Source: Camelus ferus
Lineage: Eukaryota
Reading direction: 5' to 3'
NCBI RefSeq assembly: GCF_009834535.1
Contig: NC_045697.1
Location: 106,270,001 to 106,334,000 of the forward strand
Length of the DNA stretch: 64,000 nt
Shown here: in pieces, positions 22,405 through 35,532 of the stretch
Position numbering within the stretch: position 1 is the stretch's first letter
Layout of the letters: every line of letters begins with the position of its first letter
Notes under the pieces: model-generated
Seen by the model: only the letters and a program-made list of their open reading frames with translations
Database searches by the model: none
What the model was told of the DNA's origin: nothing
Translations under genes and position numbers: made by a program

Positions 22405-25400
22405 CCAAAGACAAAAGACACAAGAGGAAGTATCACTGGAAAAATATTATCTACTATAACTCTATTTTCAGAAAATGCTTAGGCTGGGTACTGACTCAGA
22501 AAAAACTGTTCACAGAAGGTATCTAACCATAAACAAGCTAATATTACACTAGAAGGTAACAAATTTTAGAAAAGGTTAAAAGAAAGGTATTAGGTAGCAA
22601 ACTATAAAATTGTTTTGAGATTAAAATAAGAGTACTTAATCCATGACAGGAAAAAAATGATAGACAAATGCAGTAATTCTAGAGAGATAAAGGAAACATT
22701 AGAGTACCTAGATAAATTTCCAGACTCTGAAATGTGAATTTCATACTTAGATATACCAGGAAATGCACTATATTCCATTATATCAAAAAAGAGAAAATTT
22801 AAAATTGATAGTACAATTTTGCCTTTTAGTAACATGTTAGTGAGTCATTTCCAGTTACTACTACCCTTTTAGCTCTAGTATGCTACAAACTAGGAAGGAG
22901 GAAGTATACAATGATTCCTCATCTATATATTTCCATGAACTATCTGGATGCTTGGAATTCTAAAGAATGAAAAAAAGAGGAACTTAAGGTTTCCAAAATG
23001 GTACACTTCGTAGAAGCTATATTTAAATAATGTTTTTAACATCCAGAATTGAAACAAATTAAATACTAAAAAGGTGAAAGGCTGATGACCAGCCTCCGAA
23101 CTTCTTACAAGTACAAATTTAATATTATGAATCAAAAATAGGATGTTTTTCCTCTATGAATTCTATGAATTAAAGACCCATCGATTGTTCTTATCGGAAA
23201 TCAATTAGTCATTTTTAAAAACAATTATGTACTTTAGAAATTCAACAAAAGGTAAATTTATCACTAAAGTCATGTGACTCTGCAAGGGATGAACAGCTCT
23301 CTGCAGAAAGACATCAAAGGAGGATAAGTGTTTTATTCATGGAATACAATAGATTACCTGAAGGGAAAAGGAGATACTATTTGCAATACAGTTAGAGACA
23401 CCAAACAAATTGAAGTGGTCCTCAAGGAAGACATAAAGAAAATCTTTCTCACAGAAAATAAAAGCACAATGTCATCCTAATAGTATAACAGACTACAATC
23501 AATATAGCTTCTGGCTCACAAGTTTTGCTTAGATACTGAGAAAGAACTCTGCATGCTGATGCATTATTTCCTTTTAGTTAATAATATAAACTGCTCTTGA
23601 TAGTTTTGTACTAATGATACTAGACAAATAAGAGAAAATGTGTTAAGCATGAAGAAGTTAATGAAGAGATTAAAAAGATGATGCTAGGAAAAGACAAAAT
23701 CCCACTTCACTGCAAAGTATCATCCACTTTTACCTTTATCAGGGTAAAAAATAAACATACATACTATAACTCCTGTATGTATTACTTTTTTTAAAAAAAC
23801 TAAAAATTAAGAGTTACATCTAATTGGCTTTAATTCTTTCTGGTTTAGAAATCTTAAATAAAGCACTTTACTTTAAAAAAAAAACAGTAAAACTCATAAA
23901 AATGTCCCTTTGGCAATTCTAATGGAAATGAAATTGCTTGGCACTCTTTGAAAAGCTTAACATAACCTTCCTTTCCCTTAAAAAATGGTTTTAGGCTTTG
24001 TCAACCTTATTTTCACCTGAAAGATTTCTAACAGTCCTCTGACACAAGAGTTCTAACAATTTCAAAATTTATCATTTAAGTTGAAATATTGAGGAAGTAG
24101 AAACTTTCATTCAGATATCAAATAATTTAGTTTTATAATGTTCATCTATGAAAATTAGATTCTCTAAATGTTGGGCAAGGTTGTACATGAAATGAATATC
24201 TATAGCAGAATTGAAAAATCAAGACAATAAGATCATCTCTCTCATAAAAATACACAAATTTATATTTAAGAACCCCAAAATAAAACCAATTGTGTGGAAT
24301 CTGCAATCCTGTAAATTTATCCTAAATGTGCTGGATTTGAGCATTATAGCTCTCTGGTTAATAATGTTGCTAACAAAAAATCTTAGGTACTTCGGTATAC
24401 GTATTTGCACAGCAAATAGACCTAAGCAATACTATCTCATCTGTTTTTCTCCTTCTAAATTTTGAGAACTTCACAGTTGGAAAACAAAACAAAACAAAAC
24501 AAAACAACAAAAAAAAAAAAAACAGGAAGATGGACCAAAAAAACATAGAAATGTGAAAATTTGCCTTTTAGGCTCATAATTATTGAAGATTAGGACAACA
24601 ATAATTCTCTCTCCCTTATCTACCACTTTTTCTCCATATAAGGCAACAGGTTCCATTCCCTCCCAAGAATAGGAGTAGGTGCTCAGATTTGCAGTAATTC
24701 CAAATCAAGTGCAGCAACAGCATTTTTAGTTTGCTTAATTTCCCATCCCCACCTTCTAACAGCCAAGTGACTGCCTCCTTAAAAAATACTGCTGAGTGGG
24801 TGCATAAACCAGTTCTATTTGCCAACTGTAGAGGGTTCCCACAAAGCTTGTGGGTTTGTGTAAATGAATTACTTCATTTTTTTCTATAACTAAGAAGGGT
24901 AAAAAAAAAAAAAAAAACTTTCTTCTACTTACTGTACCCAGGCAATGGTAATATATACGTGACACATTTTCACCTTTGAAATGCAAAAATACTTCAGAAA
25001 TTAGCCAGTACCTTACAGAAGTTGACTGATGACTGATAGAAGGTTATGATATACTTTGTCTCATGCAGACTCTAAGGGTACTTCTAGTTGAAAATACATG
25101 GGAAATTTCTAACAAAAAAAATGCTTTAAGACAAGATTTGAAGGGTCCCACATTTGGATTCTAAAGTTCATGGAATTTTTATGAGAGAAATGGTACCAGA
25201 TTTCAAATAAACAAGAAAATCTTAATATTGTTTCACTTCAATATTTTCAATGAAACGTGTCTGTATGTGAAATATTTATAGTTTTATATAGTTCACTGCA
25301 TCACTTTACTTTCACTTTGTTTCACTTTCTCTCTTTCTTCAGAATTCTATCTAGTAACATGTTTTAATCATTAGAGCCACTCCTGAATTTACTAAATGAT

Positions 25401-25459
25401 TAGTTTCAGTCTACTTCTCTTAAGTAATCATCAGAAAGGTTGTAAATTTTTAGATAGAA

Positions 25460-25660
25460 ATGGCATAAAAGCAGCATGATTGAGTAAGAATACTGTAATT
25501 GAGGGTTGTATTCTAGTAACAGTTATTTTTTGTGTGATGTTGAAACCTTGAAGAAGTCACTTACTCTTTTTAAATCTTTCATTTTCTCAACTGGAAATTA
25601 AAAGAATTAAATCAAGTGCTCTCTGAACTTCCCTTCAGCCATCATCCTCTAAAATGCTTA
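25460..25660 (+). mobile_element. MIR3-like SINE
   Basis: CCTTGAAGAAGTCACTTA...TTTTCTCAACTGGAAAT...CTCTGAACTTCCCTTCAGC. Confidence 0.6.
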
Positions 25661-25973
25661 AGATAATCCCTGCAGAAGTTAGCTAGATATCCCTGCAAAA
25701 CTTTGCTACAGCTCTTTATGCCTGCAACAGATGGTAGACTGTACAGGAAAATATTTAGCATTCAGATTAGCTGGTTGGCTCCAGGAAAATAACTATAATA
25801 AACACTCATCTTTCAGACTGTACAATTTTTTTTATCATTGAAAGGGCTGGAATAAATTTTAATTTTAGTAACACCTATGAGGAAAAAAAAAACTTCCTAA
25901 TCAAATTAACCCGGTAAAGAATGTTTACAGGAAAAGGACCTACTCAAAAAGATAAGCTAACACTATCAAATAG

Positions 25974-25986
25974 TGTGTGTATATAC

Positions 25987-26023
<37 letters not shown>

Positions 26024-26040
26024 TACACACACACACACAC
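25974..26040. repeat. Compound (TG)/(TA)/(CA) microsatellite
   Basis: Direct reading. Confidence 0.95.
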
Positions 26041-26059
26041 GTATTTTTTTCTTTAAAGC

Positions 26060-28650
26060 AAGTATTTTTGTGGGAAGGTCTTTGATGACAAGTTCAATTT
26101 CTTTAATAGACATAGGTTATTCAGCTTTTCTATTTGTTCTGTGTCAGTTTTGGTATACTGTCTTTTTTCAAGAATTTGTCCACCAATGCAGTAGGCATTA
26201 AGTTATTCATATATTCTCATCCTTTTAATGTCTATAGAATATATAGTGATTCCACTTCTTTCAATTTAAACATTAGTAATTTTCACTTTATCTCTTCTTT
26301 TTCTTAGTTTTGATAGGAGCTTACAAATTCTTTTAATCTTTTCAAAGAACCAGCTTTTGTCTTTGTTAATTTGCTTAATTGTCTCTGTTTTCTATTTCAT
26401 TGCTTTCTGTTCTTATCTCTATAATGAGTGTTACATGTGGACTTAAAAGGAATGTATATTCTACAGTTCTTAGATGTAGTCTTCTATAAATGTTAATTAG
26501 GTCAAATTAGTTGATAGTTTGTTCAAATCTGCTATATTGTTATTTATTCTTTTTACTACTTTGCTTATTAATTACTAAAAAAAGCATGTAAAAAGTTTCC
26601 ACTCATAATTATGGAGTTGTCCATTTTATTCTTTAATCCTGTCAATTTGCTTTATTTATATTAAAGCTCTATTATTAAGGCATACATATTTAGGATTATT
26701 ATCTAGTTCTGATTAATTCACCCTTTTACAATTATGAAGTGTCCTTTTGATCTCTGGCAATAGTCTGTCAAGTCTACTTTGATGTTAACATAGCCACTCT
26801 AGCATTCTTAGGCTACCTTTTTTAATTGTTTATCTTTTCCTAACCTTTTATTTCTAATTAATGTCTTTTTATATCCATCTCTTATAAACAGTATAGAGTT
26901 GGTTCTTGCTTTCTTATCCAGCCTGACAAGCTCTTACTTTATCTGTATGTTTATTCTGAATATGTAACACAAATATTTGTACAGTTGGGTTTAAGTCTAC
27001 AGTTTCCCTATTTGTTTTTATTCACTCTACATGTTCCCCTTTTCTTTTGAGTTAACCATATAGTTTTTGATATTCCATTTTACTTTTTGTATTATCTTTT
27101 AGGGTTATCTTTTTGTAGTAGTGGCTGCTCTAGGAATTACACTTTGCATTCTTAACTTCTCACACTACTTAGAATTAATGCCACTATTCATGACATGAAA
27201 GAAACTTGCAAAAGTAGAAGTCCATTACTTTTGCTATTATTGTCATATATATTTTTGCATATACCTAACTTATAAATACCATAATAATGCTGTGATTTTG
27301 CCTTAAATGTTTAATTTTAAAATAATTAGAAAAATATTCATTTTCATATTTTTTTTTATTTTCAAACTTCTTTATTTCGTCTCATAGATTCAAATATCTA
27401 GCAGATGCCATTTCTCTCAGCATGAAGAGCTTCTTTTAACATTTGTGAAGTGCTGATCAGCTGGCAATATATTCTCATTTCTTTAATTTAGCTGAAAAAT
27501 TATTTTTTCAACCCCAATATTATGAGATAGTTTCACTAGATATAGAATTATCAGTTGATAATTTTTTTAGCACTTTAAAAATATAATTTCATTGCTTCCT
27601 GGTATGCATCACTTCCAATAAGAAGACATCCATAATTCTTAGAATTGTAACCCTCTGTACAATGTATATTTTTCCCCCGTGGCTATTTTGAAAGTTTTTC
27701 TTTGCCTTTGATTCTCAGCTCTTTGACTATGATATTTCTACATGCAGGTTTTCTTGTATTTATCTTGCTTAGATTGATGATCTTTTTAGATACATAAAGC
27801 TGTTTTTCATTAAATTTGGAAATTTTCAGCCATTATTTCTTCAACTACTTTTTCTGCCTTTTTCTATTTCTCTTCTGCTGAGACTCCAAATCACATATGG
27901 TAGGCCACTTGATATTAATTTATAAGTCAATCAGTCTTTGCTCATTTTTCTCTCAATCATTGTTTTCTCTCCTTCAGATTAGTCTCTACAGATCTATGCA
28001 TTTACTGACCTTCTATACTGCCTTCTCCAATATGCTGTTCAACTATCCAATGAAATTTTCATAACAGATACTGTATTTCTCAGTTCCATAATTTTCATTT
28101 GATTATTTTCTTTATAGTTTCCATTTATGCACTGGGATCCTCTGTTATTATAAACACATTTTTCCTTAAGTTCTTGAAAATTTATAATAACTGCTTTAGA
28201 GCCCTTGTCAGCTAATTCCAACATTTGGGATGTCTTTTTCTTTGCTGTAACCCAAATTTTCCTGTTTCTTAACCTGTTTAATATTTTATTTGTTGTGTAC
28301 TAGCTAAGCATTGTACACTGTAGAGACTGGATTGTGTTACTGTCCTTGAAAGAATGTTGATTTTTTTTTTTCTAAGTGGTAGCAAGGTTACTGGTTTATC
28401 ATCTTAAACTGGTCAAGGCTTAGCTTACGCCTTTGTTAGGGTGAATCTGTTTGTTTTGTCCTTTGTACTAAGGTAAATCTCTTAGTCCTGGGATATAATC
28501 TCCACTCCTTAGGTGTTGGCCTTCTAAGATTTCCAGGGAGAGACTGAGGTATTTACTAAATCCCTATTAATTTGGCAGGACTTAAACTCCAGTTTCTGTC
28601 TCTCTCCATGGTGAACAGCAACTAACGACTCTGCCTAGGCTTTAAATTCC
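26060..28650 (-). mobile_element. Old L1 (L1ME-like) with decayed ORF1 and start of ORF2
   Basis: ORF 28039-28224 MLELADKGSKAVII...IMELRNTVSVMKISLD is L1 ORF1-like. T-rich plus strand with CTTTTCAAAGAACCAGCTTTTG typical of antisense L1 ORF2. Confidence 0.85.
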
Positions 28651-28934
28651 ATAAATTTAAGGAGTCTATCTTGGCACCTAAAATAGGAGGTGCTTAATGT
28701 TTGTTGTTAAATGCATAAACTATGAAAGACCAAAGGAAATTTTTCTCAACTAGACAATACAAATTTGTTTTTCCTTTTCCTCTAGAAATTGTTGATTTAT
28801 TCAATTATATTTTCTGAGTATCTACCACATGCCAGGGATGGTGCCAAGAGCTCTAAATAGAAGTATTCACAGAATCAACACTCCTTGCTCTCATAGAACT
28901 TGACATTTTAGCCAGAGATCCTTCTGGTACAATT

Positions 28935-29152
28935 TAGTTTATAAAGTATAGCAATGACTTTGCAATTAAACGACCTACATTTGAATCCAGCTCTGACATC
29001 AACTAGCTGAATGACCCTAAGTGAGATATTCAACCTGAGTTCTTCCATCAGTAAAATGGTGATAATAAAAATATATCATTGTGTTGTTGCAGGAGTTAAA
29101 TTAAAGTACCTGGTACAAGATAAGCACAGAATGAATGCTATTATGCTATTAC
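28935..29152 (+). mobile_element. MIR SINE, near full length
   Basis: TTTGAATCCAGCTCTGACATCAACTAGCTGAATGACCCT...CATCAGTAAAATGGTGATAATA...TACCTGGTACA. Confidence 0.85.
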
Positions 29153-29289
29153 TAAATTTATTATGAGATTAGCTCTCAGAAAATACTTAATCTTAAATTG
29201 GATATTTATTTATTGGATATTTAAGTAATTGCATTGCATTATTTCATAGTCATATTGGTCTAGATTCATCATATAGTGAAATTCCACAG

Positions 29290-29641
29290 TACTTGAACCT
29301 TATAGTCAGATGTATTTTGGAATTCAGATTTTCTTTTTTGAAGTCTAGGAAATTAATATAGCATGTATACTATATAGTATGTAATACTCAAGCAGAGTCT
29401 GGGCAGTGTCCTGTCATTAAACATACTGATATTAATTAGCTAATATAATTAATGTTAGTATGCGTGCAAACATGAATAGTCATATGAAGTGGAAAAAGTA
29501 AAGACTATGAGTAATTATAATCACCTGTCATTTTAAGTCAGGTTTGACACTTAGAGTTTTGGTGCCACCTTAGGTAACATTAACTTACAGTTTCTGGAGC
29601 TTTCCAGATTTTGGAAGTGTGAATGAGGGATTATAGTCCTT
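29290..29641 (+). mobile_element. MER46C (TcMar-Tigger) DNA transposon
   Basis: CAGATGTATTTTGGAATTCAGATTTT...GTCTGGGCAG...GTCAGGTTTG...GAGGGATTATAGTCCT follows the recalled MER46C consensus. Confidence 0.75.
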
Positions 29642-30410
29642 TTATCACCAGAATTTTTGAGTAATTGAGAGAAGAAATGAAGAGGATGTCAGGTAAGAAA
29701 AGGTACCCTATAATATATTTAAATAAATCTGTATTTACTAGAGGATTAGATTTCCAAACTGATTGCTTCTGATCAGATTCAGTCTCCAAGGCTTTTTGCT
29801 ATTTGCATCTATATAACTTGGCACGGTGTATTGCACTGAGTGAGTACTAAAACAATATCTGGTGAAGTCATAAATGAATGTATCACCAGTGAATTAGAAA
29901 TTACAGGTTTGAAATCTCTCCTTTCCAGAAACGTCACTGTTAACTTTCTACAATCCCTTCTTTCCATCTCATTCTCTAATTTATCTCACAAAATCAGTTG
30001 TTTTTCACAAAAGTTTGTCAATAAATTTGCTACACAAAGAAGCAAAGCAATCTTAAGAATCCCTCATAGAGTCACTGAAACGCATGCTGTACCATAGTGA
30101 ATTGTAGTTCACAGTTTCTAATAAATAAAATTGCTGAAACATCTTGCAGTACTGTTTACATTGCTTTTACTAGCTGTTGCAAAGTAAACTTACAGCCTGG
30201 CCTACTGAATGAGCATTAATACACTCAAAAAATAAGAATGTTTTTCCCCTTGCCCTAGTAGAATGAAATGGGAAACTTTGAAAAAGATATGTTAAAAACA
30301 TGAGCTTTCAAAAAACTACACTTCTTTAAACCAGATACTTAAGAAGTCACGATAAAACCAAAAGCAAGCACATTAATTTAAACTTTTGTGCTATTATATA
30401 AAAGATATAC

Positions 30411-30469
30411 CTGGGTTGTGGCTTTGATTCGGGCTTGACAGACTGTTGTTCTTTTTTCATGAAGGTTTT
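30411..30469 (-). CDS. IQCM: IQCM internal coding exon, 59 bp, phase 0 to 2
   Basis: Acceptor TCTTTTTCTAG| and donor CCAG|GTATAT. Translates KTFMKKEQQSVKPESKPQP(S), resembling human KTFKTLIKKERQPIKPEPKSQPR. Phases match both neighbouring exons. Too short for the ORF track. Confidence 0.9.
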
Positions 30470-30933
30470 CTAGAAAAAGAGAAAGAAGAGTTGACATAGT
30501 AGGAAAACAACTTCATCATCTGTAAAATTTTAATTCCATTGATGTTCTGTTACATTATCAAAGGGAGAACTGTTCCATTATAATATATATTATAAGCCTA
30601 AACATTTAATAAGTAAGTATATTCAAAGTATGATAACGGACACTCCTCCACCATCTTTTGGCCCCCAGAAATATAATTCCTACTGATCATTTCAGTGAGC
30701 AAATATCCATACAAATCTATTATAGATAAGAACTTTTTTATTTACTTATTTTTTTGTCCTTTGTCTTACAAAAAGATTTAAGGTAGCTTACAAAAAGTAG
30801 AGTATGTATAAAAAAGGAAGAAAAAGAATATCAGGTTAAAGGGAAAATGTGGACAGAAAAATAATGTCAAGTGTTTTCTGATGTTGCTTAATGTGTTACA
30901 CAGATTTGGCTCTCAAACTCCTTTGTATCAAAG

Positions 30934-31299
30934 TGTTATAGACTGAACTGTATTCCTATAAAATTCATGTGCTAAAGCCTTCATCCCCAAATGTGACTAC
31001 ATTTGGAGATAAGGCCTTTCAGGAGGTAATTAATGTTAAATGAGGTCAGAAGTGGGTCATAAGGGTGAGGCCCTAATCCAAGAGGACTGGTGGCCTTATA
31101 AGAAGATGAAGAGATGCCAGGGGCCCATGTTTACAGAAAAGGCCAAGTGAGGACACAGCAAGAAGCAGCCATCTATAAAACAAGGAGAGAAGCCTCAAGA
31201 AAACCAACTCTGCCCCAGAGCTGTAAGAAAATTAATTTCCATCGTGTAAGCCACCCAGTCTACAGTATTTTATTGTGGCAGGCCTGGCAAACTAAAACA
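30934..31299 (+). mobile_element. MLT1A-type MaLR solo LTR with perfect 5-bp TSD CAAAG
   Basis: TGTTATAGACTGAACTG...CTAAAACA, with CAAAG at 30929-30933 and 31300-31304. Confidence 0.92.
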
Positions 31300-34200
31300 C
31301 AAAGTAACAGAGAAAACACAGTCCTAACATTCACAATATCTATAAGGGAAGCAAACTTATTTTCTGTGAAACATTTCTTCCATGAGTCCTTGAAAAGAAG
31401 CCTGGTATAATGTCACAGTCAGCTTCCAAAGCATTTCTTAAACAATTACATGAGAGTGTTTAATATGAACTTTTTACATGATCCTTCAATATCAGTCAAC
31501 AGTAGAAAGAACAACACATGAAGATAATGCTACAAGACTTCAGAATAAGTGGGCCATTGCCCTTCTCGTCATTTGGCGAGATCCAAAGGTTAAACTGATA
31601 CCTAGAGGCACTGATGGATTGCATATTCAGTTTATAATCTGCTATGACAATTATTTTGCACAAAATAGCTGTTGAAAAATGGTCTCAGATAGGAGGAATT
31701 TGAGGTAATCTTGATAACGAGTAAAGGTTAGTGGATTTTGGATTGTTGGTGTTGTCTTCACCGTCAGACTCTAAGTCAGTATCAGAAAGTGACTTAGCTA
31801 TTGATGTGCTCATGATACCACAAGGAAAATGCTTATTTCAGTTTTGCTTTTTAAATTTTAAATATGTATTTAGCCTATTTGACAAATGAAACTAAGGATG
31901 TCTCTTCTATACAATCTCAGGATATATAAAGGGTCAGTGTAAAGACGAAAGGTAGAAGAAATTTGTATTTGTATTGCCAAAATACTGTTTTAAGACACAG
32001 AGACAATGTTTTTAAATGTTTTAAACAAATCATATATCTCTCCTTTAGAGTTAAGCTTCATTCTGTCTTATAGTGCTGTCTTACATGAAGCCTGACTTGT
32101 ATATGTAAATTTGTATTTCATGCCATTTATTTTTTAAGATCAAAGATTAACTTTTTTCTACAGTTCTGCTAGAATGCAATAATAACCTCGAGAATTGGTT
32201 TGCTTCATCTCTCAAGTGTTTTTTTACTTTGAGAACTCCCTGATCATGTTTTCTTTTTAAAAACAATCATCCTTACAAATAATACTGTACTTACTAAAAC
32301 TTACATGCAGCATGGAGGTGATAATAAAACATGAAGCAGTAGCAATATTTTAAACAATTCCTTCAATGCTGTGTTCCTTGACACACACTCGTGGCTACAA
32401 AATTACTTGTGGCTACAAAAATTATTTTTAACCTATATACTCCATACTTTTGCACAAAACAAAGTGCTTGGCTTGGAACAAATTGTCTTTATGTGATACT
32501 AATATTTTCACTTACCAACTTAATTTTTTTTAACTGCTTCCTTCTTGGCCAGACTAACTGAGACTGGCATGTTCTCCAGGATGAAGGGTATCAAATGTGA
32601 AGGCCACTAAGTAAAAGAGTCTCAAAGAAACATTCTTGAGGATTTGTTTTTACTTAATGTTCTCTGATTTTTTTCCAGTTATTCTCTTGTGACCTCATGC
32701 CTTCACAACCTCCACTGTGTCTTTTTCTTCTTATCTAACATAATTAGAAATTGGGAGTTTTGAGGTCATCTTTTTGCAAAGTGAACGGCAGTCATTTTTA
32801 AGGGGTCCTGAGTTTTTTGTTTTTTTTTCCCTCAGTCTCAGTTTTCTCCATACTTTCATATTAAAATCTCAAGTCCATTCTGCCTTAATGTTTCAATGCC
32901 TTTCTCTCTTAAAATTTTTCTTCTTTCCATGGCTGCTACCTACTCCTTTAGACTTCTTCAAGCTCCCAGTCTCTCCATGACAATGCATTTGAAGTGACAC
33001 ATTCAAAATACTTGGCTGAAGATGTAAGTCATCTATTAAATCCTCACATCAAAATTTTCAAAAATTTTTAACAACCTGTGTGGATTTATTTCAAACCTCT
33101 TCTCAGACTCCTTTACCCCATATATTTTCTCAAATCCCACAATTTAACTGGTACCAAGCTTACTTCTGATAATCTGCACAATATTATTATACCTCAAGGT
33201 TCTCTTTAGAAGCAGTTGTCTAATATATCAATTCCCTTCTACTTACCAAATCTCATCTGGAATTTTCTTTTTCCTTTGGACAATGCTGCTAATTCGTCTT
33301 ATAGTTTAATGATTAAATTCTTGCATTGATTAACCATAGATGAAATATGGAAGAAAGTCTTTGATTTTGCATCGTAATGCTAGACATATTTCTATATTAC
33401 TATTATTAGTGTGAAATTTTGCAATATGTTTGCAATAAATATGTAGTCTATAGTTGGCATATTACACCTCCAATACTTAACCCAAAAGGTGTTTAAAGGT
33501 ATTTTCTAAGTAGCAAGAAATTTTCATAGCTATAAATAGCTTCATGACCCTACCAGAAGCATATATAAACACATTATTCACGGTAAATGAAAGGTTTGTT
33601 TAAAAGTAGGTAACTGTGAAGAGAAAAATCACTAACAGCATACACATATACAATTACAAATTACACATCAAAACATGTGAAATAAACTGAAAAGCTTTTT
33701 CTGCCAGGCTTGAGTATTAACACTTGTGTTTCCCCAGCAAAGATCAGTCATGTCACTAGCACATTCTGTGAAATAGCAGTGAGCGTCCTCCTTGTATTGC
33801 TCCTGCTTCTTGTCTAAGAAATGGTTTAAAAAGAAAAATATCAATAACTTGCACGCATGCAGAACCAGAAGACACCCAACACATCATTTTGGAATTTTTC
33901 ACAAGTATCTTTACATTGTTGCTTTTGAGAGCTTCTAAGAACACACACAAACCAAAGGAGGGTTTTCAAGCCGTAGAACCACCCCCAGGAAACCTGTAGT
34001 TTTTCAAAACCTTTCCATGGAGCCATAGAAACATCCATTTTGAAGGTGTTCTCAAGTGCTGTATTTCTTCTACATTTCTTAGGAGGAGTGGAGGGAATCC
34101 CATAGGTAATGCTGGTCACTCTATAATGGCCATCGCCTCAAAAAGTCATTTAACTTTCAGATTAGGAGAGACCAAAGATGGTGGCCCAACAAAACATGGG

Positions 34201-35532
34201 TTATTCATTTAACAGCCCCTAGACAAAATTTCTTTAATCTCCAAGGGAAATCAAAACTCTTTGATATGTAGGGATTTAAGGATAACATAGGAGATAATAC
34301 AAAGACTGAGAGAAGGGGCTGGATAGAGAAGTTTACATCTCAAGGTAAGTCCCTCTGAGGATTGAAACCTATTTGTAAAAGACATAATAGGGCTGTTATT
34401 TCCAGGAGCACGTTCGTAGCAACAAATCACAGCATAATACTATAATAAATTCTAAAGACAAAAATAAAAGATATTTTAAATGCATAGCTGAGTTGAAGAG
34501 AAAGTAATGGCATTCCTTTCTGATCAAAAACAAGAAATGTTGAATTTACTGTTGTATGATTTCTGGAGCTTGTCTTTGCTTTGGGAATTGCATGGAAATT
34601 TCTGACAACCTGGAGCCTCAGTTTTAATGAGCTCTGTGCCCTGCATCTGGGAGACTAATACTGGAACCCAGAGCATGAAGGAATGTTAGAGTTGAGACCA
34701 TGCCTCATAAAACCTGGGTACTGGAAGTGCAATATCTTTAGAGTATAAATCAGGATTTTGAAATTTCCCTGGAGGAAGAAAGAAATAGAAACAGGAAGAG
34801 AAAGAGATACCATGAGACTACTTATCTGTCATGACTTTGGCTCTGGGTAGAAAGAGAAAAAAAAGACCCTCTGAGGAATTTTTCATGACAAGACCTCATT
34901 CATATGGATTTGCGGCCTCAATTAGCACTACCTGCAATATCCCAGACCTCCTCTGCAAAATAAAGGCAAAACACTTAGAATAAAGTGGCCCCAGGTTGGT
35001 AGTGCTCTAAAGCACCTGGGAAAAGCAAACATCAATCATTTTTAGAAGAATGCAGTTTAAATTCTGGTTTTAAAGAATTCTCACAATAAAATACCAAGAA
35101 AAAAAATGAGCTCACAATCAGAAAAGTCATTAAACATAAGAAAATAAACAATCAAGGTATCACAAGAAACAACAAACTACGTTTTCAGAAACTCAAAGAC
35201 TGTAATACTGTAATTAAGATATACAGAATATAAAATAAGAATGAGCTTCCATTATTTGTTGAGAGCAATATATTAAAAGAACCAAAAAATTATCAAGTTG
35301 ACCAAGCTGATTTGGAAAATAACAACTAGATGTTGTAAAAACTGAAAAATATAATAAGTGAAATAACTAGAAACTCCATTGATAGTAAAAGAAAAGAACA
35401 GACACACAAAAAGAGAACCAATAAACTAAAGGAGAAATCAGGAGAAAAAAAAGACCCAGGATGCAGCAATGAGACACAAAGAGATAGCAAATATGAAAAA
35501 GAATAAAAGAGTAACAGAATGATAATTGAATG

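Noticed and set aside
33756..34119. Overlapping 64-aa and 92-aa minus-strand ORFs in unique sequence
   Set aside because: Non-ATG starts, no convincing splice boundaries, no recognisable homology.
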